A stretch of DNA of 64,000 nucleotides from the human T2T-CHM13v2.0 reference genome, Homo sapiens. The DNA lies in assembly GCF_009914755.1 (NCBI RefSeq), contig NC_060930.1. One strand, given 5' to 3'. The number at the start of each line of letters is the position of its first letter. The stretch's first letter is position 1. The notes beneath the pieces are model-generated. The model saw nothing but the letters and a program-made list of their open reading frames with translations, searched no databases and had not been told where the DNA came from. The position numbers and the translations under genes are program-made. This document shows positions 53,863 through 64,000 of this stretch, one piece after another.

Positions 53863-55161
53863 TATGTTTTTATTTTTGTCTCATTTTTTAAAATTTTAAG
53901 CTCAGGGGTACAAGTGCAGGTTTGTTACATAGATAAACTTGTGTCGTGGGGGTTTGTTGTACAGATTATCATCCAGATATTAAGCCTCGTACCCATTAGT
54001 TATTTTTTCTGTCCTCTCTGTCCTCTCACCCTCCACCCTCCAAAAGGTCCCAGTGTTTGTTGTTCCCTTCTATGTGTCCATGTGTTCTCATCATTTAGCT
54101 TTCACTTACAGGTAAGAACATGTGGCATTTGTTTTTCTGTTTCTGTGTTAGTTTGCTAAGGATAATGACCTCCAGCTCCATCCGTGTCCCTGCAAAAGGA
54201 CATGATCTCATCCTTTTTTTTTTTTTTTTTTTTTGAGACGGAGTTTCACTTTTGCTGCCCAGGCTAGAGTGCAGTGGAGTGATCTCAGCTCACAGAACCG
54301 CCCCCTCCTGGGTTCAAGTGATTCTCCTGCCTCACCCTCCTGAGTAGCTGGGATTACAGGCATGCACCACCATGCCCAGCTAATTCTGTATTTTTAGTAG
54401 AGATGGGGCTTCTTCATGTTGGCCAGGCTGGTCTCAATCTCCTAACCTCAGGTCATCCCCCCTGCCTCAGCCTCCCAAAATGCTGGGATTATAGGCTTGA
54501 GCCACCACACCTGGCTGATCTCATTTTTTATGGCTGTATAATATTCCATGGTATATATGCACTACATTTTCTTTACCTAGTCTATCACTGATGGGCATTT
54601 AGGTTGATTCCATGTCTTTGCTATTGTGAACAGTGCTGCAATGAACATATGCATGCATGTATATTTTTGGTAGAATGACAATTGATATTCCTATGGGTAT
54701 ATGCTCAGTAATGGTATTGCTAGGTTGAATGGTAGTTCTGTTTTTAGGTCTTTGGGTAATCACCACACTACTTTTCAGTATGGTTGAACTAATTTACACT
54801 CCCACCAACAGTGTATAAGCATTCCGTTTTCTCCACAACCTCATCAGCATCTGTTATTTTTTGACTTTTTAATAATAGTCATTCTGACTGGTGTGAGATG
54901 GTATCTCATTGTGGCTTTGATTTGCATTTCTCTAATGATCAGTGATGTTCAGTTTTTTTTCATATGATTGTTGGCTGCTTATATGTCTTCTTTTGAAAAA
55001 TGTCTGTTCATGTCCTTTGCCCACTTTTTAATGGGGTTGTTTTTTCTTGTAAATTTGTTTATGTTGCTTGTGGATACTGTATATTAGACCTTTGTCAGAT
55101 GCATAGTTTGCAAACATTTTCTCCCATTCTGTAGGTTGTCTGTTTATCCTGTTGATAGTTT
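53863..55161 (-). mobile_element. L1PA13-like LINE-1 3' end, 5'-truncated, with nested Alu
   Basis: tcaggggtacaagtgcaggtttgttacatag 3'UTR. TSD ccatttMtttctttt (53848-53862, 55162-55176). Confidence 0.9.
54212..54515 (-). mobile_element. AluS (AluSp/Sq-like) inside L1
   Basis: Poly-T, then gagacggagtttcac. TSD tgatctcat (54203-54211, 54516-54524). Confidence 0.92.
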
Positions 55162-56104
55162 CCATTTATTTCTTTTACTCCGTATCTTGCCATGTACACA
55201 ACCCTGCTTAGCTTTGGGAATCATGTAGGACTTTGTATCTTCAGGTGAGAATAATCTGTTTTATACATTTTCATTATCCCTCTGGTCTGGCATAGGAAAT
55301 ATTAATTAAATGATCGCTAAATGCATTTTTGAATACTACATCTTTAATTCAACTCTGTTTACTTGTCTACATTCAAAGAAATCTAAAATAGCACCAATCA
55401 CACAAAGTGCCTGTTGTTTCTAGAAAAAAATGAAAGAATTCCTCAAATTCCATTGCCATTTGTATTACTGATCTAGTTCAGAATCTATTTTTTACTTATC
55501 CATGTGTTACAGGTTAAAAGATGGAGATCCAGTCTTATGGAGCTAAATGATGGAAAAAAACATGATATTCGAGTTGAGAACTAAGCTTGTCCTCATCAGG
55601 CAATATTGTTGAATAACATCACTTTTTAGCCTATTGCCCTCTTTTAGGGTGGCTTTTCATTTAGATATCATTCTCTCATTTTTTGGATTTCAATAATGTT
55701 TTTTAATAAGTGATATTAATTGTTAGCATCCAGTCTGCCTCTTTTAAGAAAAACTAAGGTGTATTTGCTGTATCTTTGATTACAGGTGAGCAAGTTTAAA
55801 AAAATTAAGAATAGGAATCCTTTTATTGACATCTATTTGGAGTTTCATATTGCATCGTATGAGAAAAACTATTATGTGATATCAAGACAATTTGCTATAT
55901 TCATAAACTGTAGCTTATTTTTGATTGCTTTCAATAAACATTTATAACTTTTTTGATGCCACTTAAGTTTTGTGCAAGAAGATAAAACATGGTTAGAGCT
56001 ACTAGGGTTACAGTGTGCACTGTGGCTTACCACCTTCATATGTAATGGTCACAGTCATGTGTACCTGTGCTTGAACTTTCTAGACAGCTGTTGTAAAATT
56101 GAAA

Positions 56105-56300
56105 GAGCTATGTGTTTGGAGTTGGAAAACTGGGTTGAAATCTAGGCTCTGTTTCATGTTAGCTTTATGGTTTTGGTTAATTCCATTTTCTTTCTGCAGC
56201 CTCAGTACTATGTTATGTCAAAAGCAGGCATATTTGTGTTAGGCTTGTGAGATAATTCATGAAAAGCACTTGTAAATTCTGGAGAGGTTCCCAAATTTAA
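56105..56300 (+). mobile_element. MIR
   Basis: ttggagttggaaaactgggttgaaatctaggctctg...gtgagataattcatgaaaagcacttgtaaa. Confidence 0.6.
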
Positions 56301-59300
56301 GACATTAGGATTATTATGAAATGTGTAAGCAGTTATTGGTATTGAGGAAATGGAAAGTACTTTCAATGAAAATGCCATGCCAGCCGAGAGCTTGCCAGAA
56401 TATCTCACCCAGGGCTTCTTTGAAAGCTGGCTTCCGGCTGGACTTAGGTACTTGATTGACAGTATCATGCTTGGAGCACTACATAGCCCTGCTTCAGTGC
56501 TCCCACTGCGTTTTCACACAGCTTGCTCATTGTTAATTAAACTGAGCCAGGAATGTCAGCATTTATTAAGCTGGACTCCGGACAAGCATGGAACTGTGAA
56601 AGCTAAAAAGAATTTAAAATTTGTGAAAGGTTATTTACAATACATAGGCTTTGAGGTTTACATAACTTACCTTCTTGTATATTATAATTTAAAATAGGAC
56701 TCTTACCCAAACAAAGAAAATGCAAAAGAAATGTCCAGCTTTGCTAATGCTGATGGGCACATGGGTCTTTCAGTGCCATTGAAGCATTTAGATTTTTATC
56801 CACAGGAGGCCTGCAGTCTTCACTCAGCTGGAACAAGTGGGAAAGGATTTCATTGATAACAACGTTAGAGCCAGAACGTCTAGAGTCATTTTCATCTGCA
56901 TTATGTGTTTTACTTTCTTCACCTTTAAAATGGAAAAAAAAGGAAAAAGCTTTGTTCCTTCTTTTTATTTTTTCCTAATTGAGTAGCACAACTCACATCT
57001 TGAAAAGCTATTGACAGACTCCCATTTCTTTGATATATTTAACCAGAGGGGGCTCTCGATGATGAGAGATCATTTACAGATACTTTGAAAGGTGGGAGTT
57101 AATGGAAGTGAGAATAAAAGGAGAAATTAGTTTTATTCCTTACTATGACTTCCAGTTAAAAGATTTTTAGCCTCATCTGAAGGAAATGTGCTTCATTCAC
57201 CTGCCTGGTGATTACTGATGAATATTGACCTATGTGTTTACCACACCAGCATTAATGTGTCTTGTTTTTTCTTTATGAACATTTCCTTATTTGAATCATT
57301 AAAGGCAGATTTAAGAGGGGTTTTCCCTACTCATTCTTAAAGCAGAACACAATTTTAAGGTGTCTGTATAGAAATAAATTATACTTTGATGCTTCTCTAA
57401 TAGCCAAAGGTAAAAAATTGACAATTTCCTTAGAATTAGAAAGGGATGTACTCACACTTACCAGTATTTGTAAAAAACAAATATTTTTTAAACAAATTGA
57501 CTAGTCAGTGACACACAAGCATATGCCAGTGTGTCTGAAGTTTACTTTAGGGGCTCCTGTGTGACATGAAAGTGTTACTATCAGCTTCACATTTTTGCCT
57601 GCTAGCAGCTCCAATTTGTGCAAATTTAAAGGTTTAAATTTGTTGTATATATAAAGGATATTTTAAAAAACATTAGACTGCAGCTTATTATAATTCAAAA
57701 TTATAATGAGTGAATTATGCACACTGAATTACATTAAAATAATCTCACTTAAACCATAGAAACAAATGATATATAATTGTTTTACACAGTTTTGCTTAAT
57801 TTTGTCATAAATCAATTGGAGACCATTCTCTTACATTTTGTTTCTTGCCTCATATAGGACAGACATAACATTGGTGCTTTTCAATGCTTCTAATTTTCAA
57901 AGTGGTTAAAATTTATTTTCCATTTTAGCAATTTTTAGGTACTCAGCCTATTTATAACAACCAAAGGGAGAAATAAAATGTGTCTTATGAAGAGACATGC
58001 ATTACTGGGCAAAATATATGGCGATTAGAAAAGTCTCTCTGAATCACAAGGCAGGGATGGCATTTAGTATCCAAATCCACCTCCAGACAAAATTAGCAAA
58101 GGCTGCAGTGAAGTTAAAGCCTGCTGGTTGCAAAATTGGAATTTGGTTTCCTTGGGCTTTCTGTAAACTCTTCATTATTTTACTAAATCATGGTTCATTA
58201 GTAAGTTAACAGACAGAAGACCAGTGCACATTGGGATATATGTGGAGCCAATCCTTCCATCTCCCTGAGCATCACTTAAAACTTGAATGTCACAGCAGCT
58301 TAGACATTGCATCAAACTGCATTTTCATACAATGCTGTACATGGTCAGTGGCAGATCATATTCACTTAACCTCCAAATACTGTCAGGTATCTTTGTTTTA
58401 TCATGAATTTCATAGAGCAGCAAAGGTTTTAATTCGGGGCGACTGATGGAACAAATAAAAAATCTCGAAAGGCATCTGAGAAAGAAACTTGAAGAAACTC
58501 AGTTAAGAGACTCAACTAAAGTAGATTTAATGGTTCTCATTAACTTGGATCTAATTCACTGGAGGGGAAAAATCCATAGGGACGTTAGGGCCTTTAAATG
58601 TGCTTCTGAAAATGGTTGGACAAACTGTAGCCTTGGCACATGAGATAGTCTTGCTCAACCTAAGCAAATGGCTTTGACTCTCAGACCAAAACAATTCATT
58701 TTATGCAGTTCATATCACAGGGAAGTATTTCTGTAGTCTTATGACTTGTGAAAAACACTAGCTAGGAAATGTATGTAACTCCCAATGACTCACTAGAAGT
58801 TATGGTATATTTCTACTTTGGCCTGATGGGCATTTCTATTACTCAGCGGATCTGTTATTAGTTGTTGTCTAGACGATCCATTACTCAAGTCTTAACGTGT
58901 GTTTCATATTCTGAGAGTGTTTCATATTCAGTGAGTAGGCCTGTCAGATGAAATAAAATAGGATGAATGTTTAGTATGAAAAGGATTGAGTTTGATAGAA
59001 AGAAAAAAACATGTAACTATGGATTGTACATTATTTCCAAAAGGTCAGTGTAGTAGCAGCTAGTCTCCAACAATAAGTATCAAAACAAAAATGGTATTTT
59101 ATGTAACACTTATTTTACATAGGAGAAAAAAACAATGACAATGATTTATCTTGGCTTTCTTGAGATAAAATATTTTTCATTTTTTTCCCTCATTTTTGTT
59201 TTAGTAGCATGTTCCTTGCATTTATTTAACAGTTTCTAGGTCAGCCTTCCCTATATCATTTTCTCATTTGTTTTCACATAAAGTTTTAGAGAATTTTATG

Positions 59301-61459
59301 AAACACAGCCTGCATGCTGGCAGGTGAAGACACAGCTGTCTGATCATTGCACTTTAGTGTCACCTGATAGATCCAAATTTATTGATTGGAATGAGATGTT
59401 CACCACAATTTTTAAAACCCCTAGTAAAATTGTATTCAATAACAGACAATGGAACTATATGTTTATTTATATTCAGGCTGCAGAATTCCATTGTCATTAA
59501 TTTTTTCTTGATATTTTAATAAATGGATGAACAGATCTTTTGTAGAAACTTATTCTATAGAGAAACCTCGTTGTAAGGTAAAAATTGCTCCATCCTTTCT
59601 GCCTTCAGAAAATTAAGCTCTTTCTGTTTTAAATTACGAAGAGGAGATCTGGTCCAGAAGGAACCCATGTTTCAAAGATATCTGGGAGTCTGAGATGGTC
59701 GATGGGCCAAACTGGGCTTCTTCTGGTTTACGCCTAGAGAGGCTTATGAGTACTCTACTATACTGGGCTCAAATTTAGCTAAATTTTAGGTTAATGATTG
59801 AGATTCAGGAGGGAGAGAGGTTTGAAATGGCCTTGAGACCTGCACCATTAGATGTGTTTGATTTATTTTGTTAGGCCTTAACAAGAAAGATGCCATATCA
59901 TGCATTAAGTTTCTGTCCATTTTTATTTTGGCATCCTTATCAGTGCATAATTTGTTCTTACCTGTCCTCTATTTTCCTTCATACACTCCCTGAGAAAATT
60001 CAATGGCACTGTAAGTATAACTTGAAAATATTCTCAAATAGTAAGGTAAAAAAAGCTAATATAAAATACTCCTTGCATAAATCAGGCTGACTTTTTTACA
60101 TTTATGCTTTTGGCACTATTATTTAGATTACAACCTTTAAGCAAACAAGGATAATGCAAAGTTTAACTTTTATCCAATACCATGTGATTAAACCTTAATA
60201 CATATTGACTATTTTTACCCATTAACATAATCTTGTTTACCCAAGTGCAAAATTTTCTTTCTTATTTCTTTAATTTACACTATGTGCACTTTAAAGTGGA
60301 GTCAATAGGAAACCTTTTTTGTGCACTTACTTTTGGAGATTTTTACTTTTATCAGTATTTGCCCTCTCCTTTACCAGTCTTATTGTCAAAGACATTACTC
60401 TGCTATTTTCAGCAGGATTATTTTTCAGGTTGCCTTTTGGTTGCTAACTACCTTGTTTATAAACATCTCAAGAAATATTCTTCTCTTGTACAGAAGTACA
60501 TAGTCTGTACTTCACAACTAAATGCCTAAGGGAGCTGAGTGTGGATGTTTTCGATCTCAGATCTCTTGACACAATGAATTTATCAGCATGCACATGTTCA
60601 GTTTATGGGGCTGTGCCACACTTTGATGGATTCTGACCTAATTATTTCTTCAGTAACACCTAATCTGCAGAGAAATATTTTTGTCTTGTTCTCTGAGAAC
60701 AGCTACCTAATGAAACAGTTAATCACCTTCCAAATCAAATGCAAAAATTTCAATTAACAGGCCTGCAGAAATGGAAATTATAGGTGCTACATCTAAGTAG
60801 GAAAGTGAGTGAAGTATAGAACTAGTCAAACCCATTGAATAGGCAATGGATAATAATAATCTGTTTAAAAGAGAAGACTCTAGTTGATATTTAAAGAAAA
60901 GACTGAGTAGAATGCAGAATACCATGGGAAATTCTTTATATACAACATTTCTAGGGTGGGAGAGTGCTGAATACAGTGAGAAATTATTCATATTTCTAGG
61001 GTGAGATGCAGAATGATATGAGAAATTCTACATAGGTAGCATCCTTCTTTGTTTTAAGAGGTCCTACATCTCAAGATGCATAGGGTCATAAACTGAGTTT
61101 TCTCATGATTTCTGAATATTCTGGCTCCCATATGCGTGTTTTTTCATCATTAGTAGATAGACATCGGTTTGTTGTTGTTTCAGCTTTTTAATGACAGGAA
61201 ATCACTCTCCATAGAAGGTTAAAGGTAGCCCACTGTGTCTGTAGAGTTCTCTTGGAATCACTTAGGAGAACTGGAAACTAAGAGGCAGAAACAGAATAGA
61301 GGGAGAGAAAGGTCTGGTGAGATAAGCATCTTGAAAAAGTAATAGATAGGAAGAGAGAGTGGGCCAGGTAAAAGGTTGGTTTCAGACAGCAGAGAACTAA
61401 GAATCTTGGACTATGGACTTAGGCTAGGGTGAGACAATGTAGGATTATAGGAAGTGTAC

Positions 61460-61635
61460 TAGGCTAGGACTTAGAAGGAGTGCATTCTGGGCTTGATGCT
61501 GCCACTAATGATTTGTGTGATGACTTTGGGCATATTATTTAATTTTACTGGCTCTCAGTTTGATTGTCTGTAAAACAAATGGAAACACCAAATAATTTCT
61601 AAGTTTCATCACAGTTTTAAAATCTGTGATTCTAT
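61460..61635 (+). mobile_element. MIR (MIRc/MIR3-like)
   Basis: gctgccactaatgatttgtgtga..ctttgggcatatt...tctcagtttgattgtctgtaaaa...tctgtgattcta. Confidence 0.65.
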
Positions 61636-61978
61636 AGTATGTCTCATTTTCAGCTCTTAAAAGGAATGAGGCTGCTTAAAGAACATTAGAATTAAGTTGA
61701 GAATGAATACACTAGATCAATCCTTTTGACGCTGATGGTTAGTTAGCAATTTAACAACTGGAGTCAGCAAATGAATTCATGAGAGAGATAAAGAGAGCAC
61801 TCACCAAATATTCTATCAAGAAACACTTTCTGTTTTATGTGCTGGCAGTAACAACAGATTAGAAAAGTTACTTAAGTAACTTGTGCATTTAAAAAAATGT
61901 TTAACAAAGGAATGCACTCATTTTAGATTTCATGTGACTACTTTTATTAAAAAGTCATACTTGCACTTGGGTTGAAAG

Positions 61979-62137
61979 ACATTTTCCTGTCTTCTTCTGA
62001 GCCCTCCAAACTGTTTCAACCTCTGCCTGTTACCCAGTTCCAAAGTGGCTTCCACATTTTCGGGTATCTTTTTAGCAATGCCCCACTCTCTTGTTACCTA
62101 TTTTCTGTATTAGTCCATTTTCATACTGCTGATAAAG
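61979..62137 (-). mobile_element. Isolated 159-bp THE1 fragment spanning the LTR/internal junction
   Basis: acattttcctgtcttcttctgagccctccaaactg...(THE1-int), then tgtattagtccattttcatactgctgataaag (LTR end, from 62106). Confidence 0.88.
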
Positions 62138-62846
62138 CGCTTAACAAAATAAACAAAAATGCTTAGAACAAAAGCACTAGAAACTTCATTTTACTTTTTT
62201 GCAAAGGAAATTATATTCATGTTGAAATTCTATCAAAAGTATAAATATGGTGCATGTTCTCACCCCTCTGAAAGCAAGTGTTGGAATGCAGACTCTATCT
62301 AAAACCAAATCCCCTAGATAGTTTAACAAAATATAAATGGGGAGAAAAATAGGTATTATTCAGAGGAAAATTGAAATTCAACTTGTACTATACTGCATCG
62401 AGGTGGCAGAAACAGCTGTGGAACAGCTTAATCCTCGTGACAAGCCCAGAACTCTACAATAACGGCTGGCACTGTCTGATGAAATTTCCAAGGACCCAGA
62501 TGCCACAGCTGGGAACATTATCCTTGTGTTTCAGATCAAATTGATACAGCAAATGGCATTTCATTCTTAACTCTTTGGTATCTACAATGAACTTTCCTCA
62601 AAGAATTGAAATATTCTATTATATAGGATAAGTTGCCAAGGGTAATGGGGAGGGATGAATGAAAAGAATAATACTTTTATTAGAAAAAGAAAGTGAAGAA
62701 GAAATTGTAACTATGGCTCAAAGAAGGAAAAATAGAAAATAAGAGTGATTTTTTAAAATGATAAACTACAGAGGGATAGAGGAGTTGTAACAACATCAGG
62801 TTGATGGATGCCCTAAAAATTACAGGACTATTTATATTTCCTCTAA

Positions 62847-64000
62847 AGGTTGTATGTTTCTATGAATTTATTCATTTCCTCTAGGTTTTCCAGTTTGTTA
62901 GTTTATAGCTGTTCATAAATATCTCTGATGATCTTTTTTATTTCTGTGGTTATCAGTTCTAAGTCTCCTTCTTCATTTCTAATTTTGTTTATTTGGATTT
63001 TTTCATTTTTTAGTCTAGCTAGCAATTTATGTATTTTGTTTATCATTTCAAAAAATCACATTTTTGTTTTGTTGATTCTTTGTATTTTTTTCCATCTCTA
63101 CTTTGTTTAGTTCTGCTTTTTTCTTTATTATTTATTTATTTGTATGAATTTTGGGTTTGTTTTGTTTTTGCTTTTATAGTTCATTGAAGTACATTGCTAG
63201 ATTGTTTCTTTGAAATCTACCGTTTCGATGTTGGCATTTATTGTATTGTTCCAAACTTCCCTGTTAGCACTGCTTTTGTTGTATCTTATAAGCTTTTGTA
63301 ATGTTGTGTTTTTATTTTCATTTATTTTTAATAAATTTTTAAATTTCCTCCCTAATCCAGTGGTTAGGAGCATGTTTTCATGTATTTGTAGTTTCTGAAG
63401 TTCCTCTTTTTAATTGACTGACTTATAGTTTGATTCCATTGTGGTTTGAGATACTTGAGGTACTTGATAAGATTTCAGTTTTTGAAAATTTGTTGAGACT
63501 TATTATGTGACATAACATGTGTTTCATGTGGCAATGAGAAGAGTGTGTATTCTGTCATTGTTGGATAAAATGTTCTCTAAATGTTTTTTAGGTCCATTTG
63601 GCCTAATGTGCAGTTTAGATTCAACGTTTCTTTGTTAATCTTTCATCTAGATGATCTATCTAATGCTGAGAGTGGGTCATTAAAATCCCCTACAAGATTG
63701 AATCAGGAAAAAAAAAAGAAAACCTGAACAGAACAATAATAATTAATGAGATTGAATTAGTAGTAAATAGTCTCCAAACGAAGAAAAGTCCAGGACTGGA
63801 TGGCTTCATTGCTTAATTCTACCAAACTTTCAAAGAATGTGTTGGAGTCTGTCTTTCCTTTTAGGTCTAATAATATTTATTTTACATATCTAGGTGCTCT
63901 GGTGGTGTTTGCATATATGTTTAGAATTATCATATCCTCTTGCTGAATTAACCCCTTTATCATTACATATTAAAAATTACCTTCTTTGTTTATTTTTACA
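62847..64000 (-). mobile_element. Old L1M ORF2 (endonuclease/linker region) fragment with an internal inverted segment; runs off the window
   Basis: Antisense L1 motifs (gagaagagtgtgtattctg; ctaatgctgagagtggg; catatcctcttgctgaatt). Sense L1 segment at 63689-63837. Confidence 0.88.

Noticed and set aside
56350-56697. 115-aa ATG ORF in unique DNA
   Set aside because: No recognisable domain, promoter or splice context; ORFs of this length arise by chance.
57621-57642. Perfect 10-bp inverted repeat CAAATTTAAA-GG-TTTAAATTTG
   Set aside because: Roughly expected by chance in 64 kb of AT-rich DNA.
58340-58600. Faint resemblance to a CR1/L3 ORF2 C-terminus (ORF 58446..58643)
   Set aside because: Too weak to call without an HMM search.

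Overview
AT-rich, CpG-depleted primate genomic DNA. A full-structure SVA retrotransposon points to human or another ape. I see no protein-coding gene, RNA gene or promoter CpG island: every recognisable ORF in the track is a decayed piece of L1 ORF2, Tigger1 transposase, Alu, SVA or an LTR. Roughly half the window is interspersed repeat. This includes a near-full-length L1MA3-like element carrying three Alus and two solo LTRs, two 5'-inverted (twin-primed) L1PA insertions, a full-length Tigger1, MER44, MaLR LTRs, MIR/L2/MamSINE1 relics and an SVA_B-like element. There is also a 990-bp AT-rich 34-bp minisatellite. Most L1s lie on the minus strand, which suggests (inference) a long intron of a plus-strand gene. 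I found no convincing new biological system. The best leads are a recursive-splice-site-like motif at 29183/29184, the palindromic minisatellite, and two L1 inversions breaking about 7 nt apart in L1 coordinates. Also notable are several templated micro-rearrangements and a PBX-MEIS/SOX/TEAD motif cluster near 56.5 kb. Subfamily names come from my recall of consensus sequences and need RepeatMasker/Dfam confirmation.
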